From positions 25,856,001 to 25,920,000 of the forward strand of contig NC_087436.1 in NCBI RefSeq assembly GCF_036321535.1: a stretch of 64,000 nucleotides of DNA, written 5' to 3'. The notes beneath the pieces were generated by a model. It was not told the origin of the DNA and did not search any database. It saw only the letters and a list, made by a program, of their open reading frames with translations. This DNA comes from Camelus dromedarius. Lineage: Eukaryota. Every line of letters starts with the position of its first letter. Within the stretch, counting starts at the first letter, position 1. Positions 26,501 to 41,376 of the stretch are shown one piece after another. Position numbers and translations under genes: made by a program.

Positions 26501-26822
26501 AGGAAAAAGGTATCAGAAGTTAAAGGAGGATCATTTTAAGAGTCAGAAAGCTGAACAGATTACAGTATAATACAAAAAAAAAAAAAAAAACCAAAAACTG
26601 GTAGATAGGTAGTGACTCCATTAGAGGAAAAAGAGGATATGGTAAATAGAATATCTTTCTTGAGCTGGGAATTGGATGATGTGCATACAACTCAGTCTTC
26701 ACAATAAGCTATTAGAAGAAGAAAGCATGACATAGATGCAGATTTAAGAATGAGGTGACTAGATTTATAGATTTTTTTAATAACAAAAAGTGTTTAGAAA
26801 AGTCTCTAAAGAGTGTGGGTCC

Positions 26823-27919
26823 TTTTAAACTTATAAGCTTTTGCATAGCAAAGGAAACCATAAGCAAAACAAAAAGACAACCTACAGAATATGAAAAAAT
26901 ATTTGCAAAAGATGAGACTAACAAGGGCTTAATCTCCAGAATATATAAACAGATCATACAACTTAATAAGAAAAAAATAAACAACCCAATCCAAAAATGG
27001 GCAGAAGACCTAAATAAGCAATATTCCAATGAAGACATATGAATGGTCAATAAGCACACGAAAAACTGCTCAATATTGCTAATTATTAGAGAAATGCAAA
27101 TCAAAACTACAATGAGGTATCACCTCATACCAGTTCACAAAATGGTAAATGCTAGAGAGGCTGTGGAGAAAACAGAACCCTCCTACATTGTTGGTGGCAA
27201 TGTAGTTTGGTATAGCCACTATGGAAAACAGTATGGAGATTCCTCAAAAAACTAAAAATAGATTTATCATATGATATAGCAATCCCACTCCTGGGCATAT
27301 ATCCCGAGGGAACCTTAATTCAAAAAGACATATGCACCCCAATGTTAACAGCAGCACTATTTACAATAGCCAAGACATGGAAACCACCTAAATGTCCATC
27401 AACAAATGACTGGATAAAAAAGATTTGGTATATTTATACAATGGAATACTACTAAACCATAAAAAATAATAAAATAATGCCATTTGCAGCAACATAGATG
27501 AACCTGGAGAATGTCATTCTAAGTGAAGTAAGCTGGAAAGAGAAAGAAAAATATGGTATGGTATGATATTACTTATATGTGGAATCTTAAAAAAAAAAGA
27601 TAAATGAACTTATTTATAAAACAGAAACAGACTCACAGACATAGAAAACAAACTTGTGGTTACCAGGAGGGGAAGGGGATGGGAAGGGATAAATTGGGAG
27701 TTTGAGATTTGCAGGTACTAATATATATGAAATAGATAAACAACAAGTTTATACTGTATAGCACAGGGAACTATATTCAATATCTTGTAGTAACTTATAG
27801 TGAAACAGAATATGAAAACGAATATCTGTATGTTCCTATGTGACTGAAGTATTGTGCTGTACACCAGAAATTGACACATCATAAACTGACTGTACTTTAA
27901 TAAAATATATTAAAAAAAA
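26823..27919 (+). mobile_element. Relatively young 5'-truncated L1 with cetartiodactyl-type 3' UTR
   Basis: ORF2 end [28 protein letters not shown]...[14 protein letters not shown]; 3' UTR GGGATAAATTGGGAGTTTGAGATT...TACTGTATAGCACAGGGAACTATATTCAA; AATAAA followed by an A tail. Confidence 0.95.
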
Positions 27920-29494
27920 GGCTGGATCCTGATGTTGACCAGAGACAACTGATAAATAGTATTAAGAATCCAACTAAGCTAGGAAAACATGAATTTTTAT
28001 TTAAACCATGTTTTTAAATACAATTACTTTTTCCTGTGTCACTCAATTTCTCCAGTATAAAATTGTGGATATCAGATATGAGGATCAAACCAGTGCTGAT
28101 AGAATGAGTACTGAGCTCCACAGATTAATGTTATAAATGATCTTGTGTGTTTGTGTGTGATTATATGCATATATGTGTATGTATGTGTATATTTGTATAT
28201 ACAGATATATGCATATGTATGTATGCACACATATTGCCAACTAATACATCAGTGTACAGTGATACCTGAGTCTCAATAATACATTCAAAAGACTTTAGAG
28301 GGAATTTTAATATATATTTTATTTGGTAATATGTTTAATAAGCAGTGGCACTGGAGAAAAATAAGTCTTTGGGTCACTAGCCCAAGGCAATTTCAACTCT
28401 GCTACATTCATTCTCACCCAGCTGCCTATTAAGTTTATTTCTTGTTATCAGCAGGGTATGGCTAATGAATGTTAACCAAACAACACTTTTAAAAAAAGTA
28501 AGCTTAAATAAGCCACAGAATTTGAAAAGACTCAGTATGAAACCTAGCACATGAAGATGTTCATTGTTCTTTTCAGTCATCTTCTTTAGTTTTTTGACAG
28601 AATTTCCTGAGACCTCTTTAAAATGCAGGTTTTGACACTGTAAGAACCAAGATGTCTCATTTAAGAAATACTCAGCTTTTGATCAATAAAGTCACAGGTC
28701 TGCAAAATTATATTATTTAACAAGGTTTCTATATATATGTGTGTTAGTTAAGTCAGAATTTCTTCATCATTTATTTTAAATTATCATCCTAAATTGACAG
28801 TTAATGTCTTGATTTGGGACTTACAGAGAAAGAGAAAGATGATCATAGACACACACACATAATATGATGTGGCTGCAAATAATATACATTTGAAATGTCA
28901 TGCAAAGAGATTGAATGGCTTTGCTAACACATTAAATAAAAGGTCAAATTTTGTTAAGAAGGGTTATCTAGGTCAATTTGTTCATTAGAAATAAGAAGAG
29001 CCTCAGGCTGAACTCACACATCTGTCACCTAGTACAGTCAAAACACTTTAAGCAAACACAAACTTAAAACCACATACATTAAGCATATCAAAACACTTAC
29101 TAACCAACATTACAACAGCATTGGATTTATCACACCCAAAGAATCTTCTTGTTATAACAATCCACATACACTTTTGGATTTAAAAGACTTTCTTTAAGCA
29201 GTGCTTCAAAAACCACAGTGGTAATGGGCCCTCCTCCCTTATTCCCTCCCTTCCACCATCTCTTTCTCCCTTCCTACCCTTTCTTCCTCCCACCCCCACC
29301 CTCACTTCCTTTTTCTTTCTCTCTTTCTTTGTAAAGTTTCCAACCCCTTGTAAACAAATACTTCTGTAAAATATAAGTTCACTCCTGATCCCTACAGACT
29401 TCTACTGAATCCCATTACTTGTGCCACATCACCCTCCTCCTCCCACTTCCAAAAAGCCATACCTGTGTAATTGCCCCAACCCTGTCACCAGTAA

Positions 29495-29935
29495 TGTCAA
29501 GAACTGTGAAGTCTGAGATTTTACACTACCTGCAAGCTCACAAGTTAACCTGCAAAATTTCACTGATGCTGGGGGAAGACATGAGACTCCTGGGTCAAAA
29601 ACAAAGAACTTATCATATTTTGCACAGAAAGGAGCAGAGCAGCACATGGGCATCAGTTTTCCTTTTCCCAAGTCCCACAGGGAAACACAAACGGGCCCAG
29701 GTGGGTGGCATTAGAGGGAGGACCACTGAGCTTAGAGAACCCAGATCTTTCACGGTGGGGAAAAAGTATGCCTTTCCTTTCTCTTTTGGCAGTTCTTCTC
29801 CTTATTATCCCAGATAATACGCATGTCTGTTCTCTGCTTTGGAGGGAGACACTATCTTTAACTTCAAGGCTTTTTGCTATACAAACATACTTAAAACGAC
29901 AGTCAGGACCAAAGCAATCAATGCTTCTGGCTCAC

Positions 29936-29967
<32 letters not shown>

Positions 29968-29998
29968 GGTGAGACCTATGGAGAATTGGCTACCAATA
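29495..29998 (-). mobile_element. ERV1 solo LTR (MER34/MER39-like)
   Basis: TGTCAAGAACTGTGAAGTCTGAGATTTTACACTACCTGCAAGCTCACAAGTTAACCTGC ... GAGACCTATGGAGAATTG; ~500 bp with an internal poly-A expansion. Confidence 0.8.
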
Positions 29999-31049
29999 GT
30001 GGGGCTGTCTTGGATTTTTTCAAATGATCCCTACATGACTGAGATTCCCGCCTTATTTCTCTAACTTGACATAAGATTCCATGTCCTTTAGTCGCCAAGT
30101 GACTGGGTCTTACCTACTGTATGTCTTTTTTTGCTGTCAGTGGACACACTCATCTATAAAATCTAGGGCAAATAGGATACTTTTAGACAATGGTTAATTC
30201 TGTTTATCTGACTCTGCCCTGCAAAGAATGTAGGTTTTGTTTGTATGTCTGCTTTCTGAAGTTTGTGTTACTTTGCTTCGGTTTTTTTTTAAGAGTTGAC
30301 ATTCTCAGCCTATTTCTTTATGTAAGAATCAATCATTCATATAAGATCCTTATACATCTCTATACAATCTACATGTCTTTTAACCTCCTTTATTCTCTTT
30401 TCCCTAATCATAACTCTGGCTCTTCCTGCAGCCAAAACAGTCTCAGTAGTGAGAATTTGTGGAGGTGTGTGTTTAATTGTATAATGTTTACTTTTTCTAT
30501 TGCTTCATCTTGTTACATGACCTTTTATATTTAACTATATTTTATTATTAATGTGTTTTTATTAGTTTCTGATCAGCAGGGATAAAGTGATAATAGCTGC
30601 TTAATTTCTTTCGTGTATTGGCTAGTAGAGCACTGGTATATTAAGGTGATAAATAAGCACTGTTTGGGAATTTGATTATGTTGCAGTGTTTTGTAATATT
30701 CAGAGAAAGCAGAGAAACTTGAAAGAAAAATATACCTTCCTTTGAAATGATAAATTCTCATTTTTTAAAAAGAAAGTAGGCTTGTGCTCGATTCGTCTGC
30801 CAAATAGTTACATATTCTAAGCCATATTAGGGCTCTGTGGAGCATAAACTCTGCACTTCAGCTGTTTTAACCCTTAATTAGAATTGAGATACCATGGATC
30901 AGAGAAATATCCAAATAAACTTACGATGAAAGTGAGTTTGAAAAAGCAATATTGGAAATGAGGCTGTAGCTAGAAAAGACAGAAAACAGTATCAAAATAT
31001 TTTTTTCTGAAAACTGAGTAACACTATTGCATTTATTCCATTAAAAATA

Positions 31050-32130
31050 ATTTATATTTATTTTTAAAATGTATTATCTATATAAATTATGAAAGTAGCA
31101 CATGTTTACTAAAGCTAGCAGATCAATTCAAAGTGTAAGGCAAAAGTTCTTAATCTCCTTCCACCATACTGAATTAACCAACAATAAGAGCATGACATAT
31201 TTTTTTCATACTTTTATGAATGCTCATTGGACATACATAAAAATATGCATACATATATGCATGGTTTATTGTTATAGTTGTTATGATAAAGGCTGTTATA
31301 CACATTTGTGCATATATTTTTATAACTTTTATACATTTTTTAGCCTAAAAATATAATGGCCATTTTTCTCATTAAATTAATATACATCTAATTCAGATTT
31401 GTTATAATTACTGAATAACTCTGCCACTGATGATTTTTTACTTTTTGCTGCTTTAAATATAATAAAATACATGCACATAAAAATCCTTGCAGTAAAAATT
31501 CTTGTATATATGTTACATTTTATTTTATTTCTATAAGGTCATCTAAAAAATAGGATTTCTGGGTCAAACATTATGGTATTTTAAATTTTAATAGCTACTG
31601 ACAGATTTTTATGCCAATTCCCATTTTATTTCCAAAGGTCCCCCAGATTTCTACTCCATCAATCAGAATGAGAAATCTCCCTATCACTAGATGCTTTTCC
31701 TTTCTAAAATTTTTGTCAACCTCATGTGCTACATTAGTTTATATAATTTGCATTTCTCTGATTCTGATTACTATGATTGATCATCTTCTATGTTTTTGGC
31801 CATTTAAACCTCCATTGTTTGAAATGCCATAAACTTTGGCCACTATTATTGCTTATCTGTTTTTTAATTAGTTTGCATTTGTAATTTTTATGATAAGCAT
31901 AAATGCATATTTGCCATTTTTTATGGTAAGCATAATCCTTTGTCTACCATTTGTACTGCAAATATTTCCCAAGTTAACATTTCCTATATACATACTAGTT
32001 TTGGTATTTTTTGTTATACAATTAAACAAATTATATGTAGTGCCATATGCCTTCCATTTTGCTTTTGGAAGCTGAGATTCCTGTATTGCTTCAGATGATT
32101 TACCCATCTCTAATGTCAAGATTTTTAATA
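31050..32130 (-). mobile_element. Ancient L1ME-type 3' fragment
   Basis: T-rich antisense L1 motifs: GGATTTCTGGGTCAAA, ATTTGCATTTCTCTGATT, GCAAATATTTCCC. Confidence 0.65.
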
Positions 32131-32858
32131 AATTCTTGCAATATTATAAATATAAGGCAATCAGATTTGTAAAAGAGTTGTGTGGTCTAGGGTTATCACT
32201 GAGCAGCTGTGTAAGTTTTGGCAAGATGCAGAGACACTTTGTAACTCCTTTTCTTGCACTTATTTTTCCAGAATTTTGGGCTGACAATAGGTCAAAGCAT
32301 GACCATGTTTTAAAAACGCAGTATTATTATTTTTTCCTTGTTTAGGATCCTTTTCAGCCAAGAGTGGGCCCTATTGATATATTCAGATGTCTTTACATCT
32401 TTCCTGGTCCTTGATTAATCTAGACAATTTATCTGCGAAATGAGATTAATGCACACAAATAGTAAGAGTGTATGCATTATTTGAGATAATGTATTGGTAA
32501 GTGAACACTATAAATCAAATAAAATTTCCAGAATTATGATTAAATTCACAGCTTTAAGTTGAGATCTAAAACTAACTTGAATTATGACAGAATAAAGATG
32601 CAAAAAAAATGTAAAAGTATCTCAATTAAAATCCTGGGCCATCTCTAACTATTATATGTATATGTCTGTGCCTCTGGTTAGATCTATATATCTTTATTTA
32701 TATCTATATCTTTATCTATATCTATCTATAGCAGAAGCACCTACTATGTTCCAAATGCTGCACTAGCTGCATTTCTGTTAATCCATATAACAACCATAAA
32801 TCACTATGAGAGAAATCCCTTGAACTGTTCATCAAACTCCTCTGAATTATTTATTGGC

Positions 32859-32882
32859 AAATTCACCAATATTGGTGAATTT
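32859..32882. repeat. Perfect 24-bp palindrome
   Basis: AAATTCACCAAT|ATTGGTGAATTT with no spacer. Confidence 0.95.
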
Positions 32883-34109
32883 CAAAGCATTTCATCAATG
32901 AATGGGCTGAGGATCCCCACCAACATCGTGTAAGGGCGACTGTTTACAACCTTCCCATCTTAATTCAAAAGTGCAGATAGTAGATAGAGCAGAACTCACC
33001 AAGACCAAATGCCTGATGGCTCAACCCATATTTGAGCTAGGTATTTTTGTCTGATTTTCTCTTGATGTAAAATAGAAATCCCTATATCCTGTCTTGTTCT
33101 CCTCCAAGTACTTCAGATTTATAGTCAAATGAGATCCAGCTTCCTACTGGGTCTTTTTGATCAACTGTTCATATATAGTTGGCTACAGACATACAAGGGT
33201 AAGCATTTAACACTCTAAGAATAAAATATTGACTCCTTACCTTTGTTTACAAAGCCCTATATCTTCTAGCACTTGTTTCTCTTCCCCTTCATGTTATATC
33301 ACTCTCTTATTTGCTCAGCCTTCCTCTAGACCCACAGGCCTTTTGAGTCCTCAAAAATAACAAGATTGTTCCTTCTGACTGGCCTGAGATTATCACCCCA
33401 GTGTCCCTTACCATGTATCAGCCTAAACATGTCCTTTTCAGAAAAGTCCTCCTTGTCTGTTCAATCTAAAATAGACACCAGAAACTGTCTATTGCTTCTT
33501 ATTTTTAATTCCCTGCATGCCAACATATTTTTATGTGTACGTATTTTGTCTCCTCCAAATAGGTCCCTATGAATTTTTAAAATAAAATAAAACTTTGTCC
33601 AGAATTCTATAATGAAGAGATAGAACTGGCATGCAAACACATGTACACTAAATCCAATGCCCATCTATTAAAGAGTATTTTGTATGGGTTGATAAGAAGA
33701 ATGTGGTCAAGAATGTGAAATGCTGCTAAGAAGAGCAGTCAAGTGAAATAAGCTCTGACTAGGGTTTATATGATTTAGTAAAAAGTCATTGTTTGAACTT
33801 TGCAGATGTTTATTCCCCTGGAGTGATGCGGGCAGACATCAAACTGTATTCATTTAAGGACTGAGGAGTAAATAAGTTTTGAGAAATATATGCAGCAACA
33901 AAGTGTGCCTAAACACAAAAGGAAACATCTAAGACAGAAAAGACTTGAGTCTTAGATGTTGATAAGAAGGAACCTAAAGGAGATGTTGAGTGATGAGATG
34001 GATATTCCATTGAGCCAGGTTCTCATGAAGATGGAAGGAATGGAAGTGAAAGAGAAGGGTCAGGGAACAGATTTACCATAGTCTAGATGACAGACAGACA
34101 ATTAGCATA

Positions 34110-34295
34110 CTGAGTAACAGTAATCTGGAGTTGAACAGACCTAATGTAAACTTTGATTAGCATCAGTTTCCTCCACTGCAAAATGAAAAATGTAATAGCT
34201 ACTTTGAAGGGCTAACGTACGGACCCAAGAAAATCAAAGAACAGAACTTGATGGATTACTTGGTGCATAGTAGAAACTCGGTAAGTTGTAGCTTT
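34110..34295 (+). mobile_element. MIR SINE
   Basis: CATCAGTTTCCTCCACTGCAAAATG...TAATAGCTACTTTGAAGGG...TGGTGCATAGTAGAAACTCGGTAAG. Confidence 0.7.
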
Positions 34296-34889
34296 CATTG
34301 TGTATCAGTGAGCCATTTCCCAAGTCCTTTCCCTAGTTAAGCACAGACCAATATTTGAACCTTCAGTACAAAGCCTTGTGACATAATCACCCTTAATTCT
34401 GTCCTCCAGGATAAAGTTCTCCCTAGAGATCTTCCTGTGTCTTTATCTTAAAAGGGAACATGTTTTCTCCTACTTACAAACACAGACATGGCAGCGCTAC
34501 AAAGATTGCTGATATAATGTTTCACCTAAGATGTTTGAAAGGAAAGGAGAAGATAAAAATGAGCCAGGAATGACTCACTAGAGGTATCATTAATAGCAAT
34601 TACTGAAGTGGGTGCTCAACTCCTGTTTATCAAAAGTACAGGATTAATTCATGTCACATATTCTGAGGGCAGACATCTCACCCTTCAAGAAAACGAATTC
34701 AATTTTAGGCTGTCATATTTGCTCCTGTAATAAATACTTGGTTGGCAGCAAATGACATTCACTCAAGAAAAGGAAAGAAGGTGTCAAGATCAGAATATAG
34801 CAAATAAGTAGCATCTTCCACATCTTCTTTGGTCCTGCCTTTGTCCTGCTTGTTATTTTATCTTCCACATGTATGTTTTCTCTTCTTTC

Positions 34890-35105
34890 TTGAGAGCATG
34901 GACTTTGAAGTCTGTCCCATCAGATCAATTCCTTGATCTACACTATAAATTTTGGAATTTTTGACAAGTTACATAGCCTGCGCCTCAGGTTATTCATCTG
35001 TAGTAAGCAGAAATAAAACCTGCATCACAGTCTAGCTGATAAATGAAATGGAATAATGCAAGTTTCATGCCTTGTGTACAGCAGGCAAGTTGTGTGCCTT
35101 GGATA
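34890..35105 (+). mobile_element. MIR SINE
   Basis: GAGCATGGACTTTGAAGTC...GACAAGTTACATAGCCTGCGCCTCAGGTTATTCATCTGTA. Confidence 0.7.
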
Positions 35106-38100
35106 GAGTTGCCTTTCTCCCTTCTTTGTCCATTTTATCTAATCATGGCACTTTAACTATACGTTCAGTGAAGACAACTCTCAAAAGTGTATTTCTAGTT
35201 TCACATTTTCAACTGCATACTTTTTTATTCTTCAAGGGCAAAGCAAATATTATACCCTGAATCGTAATTTTTATTAGCAAACCATAATAAACTTTCTTCC
35301 TTTAAAAATCTTCTAGTATCTTATTTTTCTCATGATGTTTTTCAGTTTTATCCTAATCCCTTTCTAGATATAGACTGTTCAAATCAGAATCCAGGCCCAA
35401 ATAATTTTTAATCAGACATAGTTATTAATCCAGTGACTATTATCATACCAGGTTGGTACCCTGGAAGTGTCTTGACAGAAGACGTTACATAAAACTTAGC
35501 AAATGTATTTATAAATTATAGTTAGCAATGAAAACTAAAATGTAGATCTGATAATGGGTTTGGGCAGTTATCACTATGTTAATTATATCCACAAGATCAC
35601 TATTGAAAATATCTTTGACTTTTCCAGAGTCATATATTCAAGGGGAAAAAGAAAGACATTATACATTTTAACTGACATTCATTATTTACAAGGGTTTGTT
35701 TTGGTTGTTTTCATGAAAAAAGTCACCCCATTTATATAACCACATAATTCTGAAATAGAGTATATCTATTCTTTTCATCAGTCAAATTTTTCAGGGGAAA
35801 TAATCTCTTTTCTATTTATTTCTACAATGCCATATCTAGAATTACCATTCATTTCCTGGAATAACATATTTATTTTCTGTTCAAAACATATAATTCCTTC
35901 ATCATGAGCTTACAATTCACTATCAGCATATTTCATATTTATCAGCCCTTACATTGCTATTCATAAAAACTAAAAAAAATGCATTTTCACTTAAAGAACC
36001 TAACAGCACACAATACTCCTTATATCGATGGTCAGTGTCATGCTACTTCTAACTGTACATATAAAGCCAAACAAATTTGGATGTCACATACTGATTCTCA
36101 AGTCTATATTCTATAAAATAAATCATCATATTATTTTCTGATCTCTATCTTCATTCTAGATATTTTTCTGGCATGTAAAGATTATTAGTAAAGTGCTTTC
36201 AGACACTGAAGAAAGGAACTATACACATAGATAACATTATTAAATAAGAGAGTATCTATTCTAAATTGAAAAATCTTGTTTAAAATGTGGTTAAATCTAG
36301 TTTAAATGTGGTTCTAGTAACTAAACAAAAATCTTTTTTGTTTATTAAGCTAAACAAAAAAGTTTTAACAGATGTTATATGTACTACTAATTTTATAAAC
36401 TTTAATATATCTAACATCTTATACTGAAGCCAACTCTAACCCTTGATTTACATGTAAAAGATAAAAGATTTATTTTTACAAAAACTGCTCCTTTCTAGAA
36501 ACAACTCACTTTTCAGATTAAAACAAAATGCAGGGGAAAATATACATTTTTCTGTTTGACTATAAGAAATCAGAAGTACAAGAAAATTTTTTTATTCAGT
36601 TAAACATTTTTCATTGGTTGAATGTAACCAAAAATTCACATGAGGTTCTAACTAGCTTTATTAAGTACAACAATTTAATAATAAATTATTGTTTGAAATG
36701 GTCAAGTCAGTTTCACTAGATACCTTTCCTAATCCTGAAGCCTTACTGTGTTTAAAAATTGGACTTGTCTCAAAGGTTTCTGGATCCTTATTTCACAAGA
36801 GACATGGTTAAGAAAAACATAGCTGCCTGAAGTATACAGCATATTGGTAGGGAATAAATATAGTATCTATGCACACACAACATTAATAAAAGTAATTACT
36901 TAGCATCTTGGTTATCAAAGAAGTCAATTAACTAAGTGCAAAATGCTGGCTTCAGCTTTTTAAAAATGAAGTGTTTCCTGTTTCTACTGGGAAAAGCAAA
37001 ACAAACAAATGGGTGATACTCTAGGTATTTGTTTTGTTTAAAGAAGCAAAACTTATGGGTATGAATTAAATTCCTGAAATGGTAAGTCATAGAGCTGGCT
37101 CCTATCAAAATTATATACAGTGTTATCCAATCATAATATTCAATGATAATGAAAATCATTCTTCAAAATTAATATTTATATATATGCTTTATTATTATAA
37201 ATGTCTATTTCAAAGACGGTGGTATCAGTGATAATACTATTGGCTTTCCTTGTCTACTTCTAACAATTTAGATAAACCTGAGATGTATGTATGGCTTACA
37301 ATAGGGTAATAATTCTCTGAAGTAATTTCCTGACTTTGATAAATTATTGGATTCACAAGGGCATGAAACGTATTCATTTTTGTTTTTATATTTACAGCTC
37401 TAATTTTTAGCATTGCATCCAAACTAAAACACTCAATAAAAATATATTAAATGAATGTATGAATGAATTTGGAAATAATGCTTCATTTATTCTGATTTTA
37501 TTAATTAAGAATTTTAATAACATATGCCTTATATGAAGCCCCAATTATTATTACTAAGACATTAATTTAAAAAGAGAAGAAACACTGAGATCAATAACTA
37601 TCTTAAACAAGACTTAAAAAAGAACTATGACTCAAAACTTCCAAGTTCAAGTCAGTATTGGCCTAGCCTCAAGAGACAGAGGCCCTTCCTGAAGATGTAT
37701 AATTAAAAAGAGTTTAGAGTGAAGCTCTAAGTTTCTGTGGAAATAAATTCCACAAAATTGCATCTGTTCAGTTATAGCTGGTTTCACAGGCTTTTTAGGA
37801 GGAACTCACTTTTTGATGAATTTTCTACAAACATTTAGACTCAATTTTAAAATGCCACTCTTGTTATGTTCCTTCCTAATTTATGGCAGCAACTGAAACT
37901 AGGATGTAATTCTTCAGTTTCTGGATTTATAGTCAGCACTTTCTTTGTTGGAAAACTGCCCAATTCTTGCCTACAAGAATAGTAAGGGAAACAGGGAGTT
38001 ATTAGCTTAGATTGATTGTTTAAGCCCAAATAATTCCCAGGCTAAAAATTCAAGTAACACTATAACAGTTAATTTAATAAAGGTAAGGACCAAATTAGAA

Positions 38101-41100
38101 GATCACAGGGAAAGGCATTTTGTCTTTCAAAAAAACTTGTAAAAAGCTACTGATAACAATTTTGTTACCACCCTTGACTGTCTTGCAGATCTCTGACAAG
38201 CCACAGGATAGCCTCAAAGCTGGATTATGACCCCAATCTGATAGCCTCTTATTTTTCCTAGGTGAAAGTACAAAGTGTAACTATAAATAATTCCTATTTT
38301 AATAAACATGCCTAAATTTAGTCCATCAAAGGAGAGCTGCTCTTTAAAATGAATATCTTGAGAGAGGGTCTATTTATTCCATTACCAAAGAATTTGGAAA
38401 ACCTCTTTTGTTGTATTTTCTTGCAAACATGTGAGTCCTGCAGAAACAAAAATCAATCTTATAACTATTTAAAACACAGACTATTTGGGGGCTAAAAATG
38501 GCACAGACCAATTCCATCACTTACATTTTTCATGAGTTTTGGTTCCAAATACATTCCATCTTTTTTCTTGAATGAAATCCAAATTTAAGGTATCAAAGTC
38601 CAGTTCTACTGGGTGACTCAATAAAATACACCACAAACTATAAAGCTACTTCCCAAAGAGGTTTTCCAAAATGTCTAAAAGATGGGACCATCACTGGATT
38701 GGGACTATAAACTCCTAAGTGACTACTTGGATACAGGCTTAAAAAATCACCCATACCTATTTTTTAATTGCACTTTATAAATTCTGAGTGTCCAGTAAAT
38801 AACAGAATTCCTTACTTTTTTCTTGTGTTCTAAAATACATAAATAATACAATGGTACCCTTAGAAATAATTTAAATTTATGAATCTTTATGAATCTATTG
38901 TGATATATTTATAGTTTTGAATAGAAGTCAATAAACCAATGTCTGACTCTTCATTGTGCCCACATGATTAATCAGAAGCACAGACTTAGGATGACTAAAG
39001 GGGTCTTAACTGGGACTTGTGTCAGTGTCTCTGACAATATGTTGGACCTAGCTACACAAATTTTAATATGGTCTTTATAAGGAGTCATTTCTGACACCAA
39101 TAATAATTCTTCCACTAATATCTTAGACAAAATACCAAAGTCTCACCAAGGGAGTTAAAAAAAAGATGGTTTTATGCGGAAATGAGTAAGGAGTCATATA
39201 CAGCGGAATTACAGCAATGAAAAATTAAAGATTATCTTCAGAGAAAATAAAATAATACCTTTTCTTATTTCTCAAATATAGATTTAAATTAGAAGTCAAA
39301 CTGTCCTGCAAAAGTATGAAATATTCCAGGTACTTTTCTTCAAATATTATAACTAGAGGAAATAATTGATATCTATTTCACTTTCAATTGCCAAAAATAT
39401 GGGCAAAACTATTTCCTTCTTGTGTGTTTTCCAAATTTTGAAATGATTATATTTCCTGAAAGCAAACTCTAAATTAAGTAAGATAAATAAGCTTAACACA
39501 TGTCAAGTTGGATCTTAAACACATTTAAGATTTCAGTTTACCTACTGAATAGCACACATCACACATAAAATTTAACATTAATAGATAAGAATATCTTGTA
39601 CCTAGAAACCATGGTTGCAATTAGCTCACCCGCAGTACAAAACCTCTTAATTTCTTAACCTGTAAATTGTCTATTTTTCTGTCATTCAGTGTTAAAGAAG
39701 TATAAAATCAATTGCTAGAGTCTTAAAATCATCACATGTATGAATCATGTAACCTATCAACAAATATTAGCTGAGTACCTACTGCGCTCAGGGTCCCATA
39801 CAGGATACAAAGAGGAAGTTCATGACCTCGAGTATTATAATATCTATAGTTGGTGAAAAAGACATATATATGGAGTCTGTAAGGTTCTTTTTGGCAATAC
39901 AGTCCTCTGAAACGACACGAAAATTTAAGCTTCAGAACAGGATCATTAGAGCATTTACAAGGATATCAAGTAAATGAGAGAATACTATATACAGAAAAAG
40001 TTTTAAAATATTTTTTCCTGTTCTAAACATTAGCTATTATGACATTATTTCCTAAGGATGAATTCCAATCAGAAACTGATCAGCTGTAGGCTTTACTCTG
40101 CCAGTGCATATTATTGACAAATTGAGTGAAGACAAGTTAAGGAAGAAAAAATTAGACAATACAGATGATTCAAATTTGGCCCTTGATAACATAAGTAATG
40201 AGTTATTTTATAGCTAAAACTCAGTCACTGTTACACAAGAATAATTTTAGAATTGTCATGGCATTAAAATGACTTTGATAAGCATTAGACCATTGAAATA
40301 TATTAAAGAATAGAGGATATATATCTTTATATTCAGTGCTTAAAGAAAAAGAAGGCAAATTTTTTTGCTTCTGTTTATAGTCCCAATTATCCTAAGTACT
40401 TGGTTTAATTTGGTCTCTTCCTGATTAAATCTAGACACACAAAGATCTGATGAGAATGCATGTTCCTGTTAAATGCTGATTGAGGATGAGCAGACATGAT
40501 AAATGGGATTCTTTTCATTAAACTGAGATTTTATACTTTTATTAAAAAATATAAATATTATTTTTATAGCCAAAGAATTAGAAGTTATGCTTAATATGCT
40601 TACCTATTGTGTAAAATGCATGAACAATTCTTTAATAGAGCAGGCATACATAGATTGTCATCATATTAAAGTCCGAGTTGTTCAAAACAGAACCCCAAAT
40701 TGATATGATAAGTGTGGGTCAGCACTTTGATAACTCTGAGAATTCAAGTAAATTTTATCAACTGATTTAAAGTTCTCTTTGTGATCATTTGTATTGGGGA
40801 TATGAGAAAAAAAGAGCAAGCCTATGTTTGTTTTATAAAATTTATATAATGGGATAACAAAGAAAGAGTAAAATTATTTTACTGGCAGACAAATACTATG
40901 AAAGTATTTTGGTTTCTAGTGTTAATAAACTTGCATCTTATTAAGTAGAAAAGCCACTGAACCCACAAGAATATAGCCTGTGTTTCCAATGAATAGACTT
41001 AAAGCGTTTAAGCTGCAGAGAAGAAAGAACTTATTTCTGATATAAGAACTTAAGGTATGCTTTTTATCCACAGATGGAAGAAGGCACTAAGAGTCTGAGA

Positions 41101-41178
41101 GCATGGGTCAACTGGTATGACTTCTATAAACTGAACTATTTATGAGTATTTGTATGATGGACTCTGGTCCGGCTATAC

Positions 41179-41376
41179 CAGCAAATCTCAACTGCTGTCC
41201 CCAGGGGACACTGGGGAATGTCTGGAGCCATCTATTTGTCATAATTTGGGGGGAAGGGGCACTCTACTGGATCTAGTGAGTAGAGACCAGGGATCTTACA
41301 GTGCACAAGACAGTCCCTCACAACAAAAAAATGATTTGGCCCAAAATGTCCGTAGTGCCAGGGGAGAGGAACTCTG
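41179..41376 (+). mobile_element. MER20-like hAT MITE
   Basis: CAG...TCTCAAC...CCCCAGGGGACACTGGGGAATGTCTGGAG...GATTTGGCCCAAAATGTC...AACTCTG. Confidence 0.85.

Noticed and set aside
29225..29335. Polypyrimidine tract, and similar CT/TATC-rich tracts at ~32680-32730, 47880-47970 and 62990-63080
   Set aside because: Ordinary low-complexity sequence with no specific structure.
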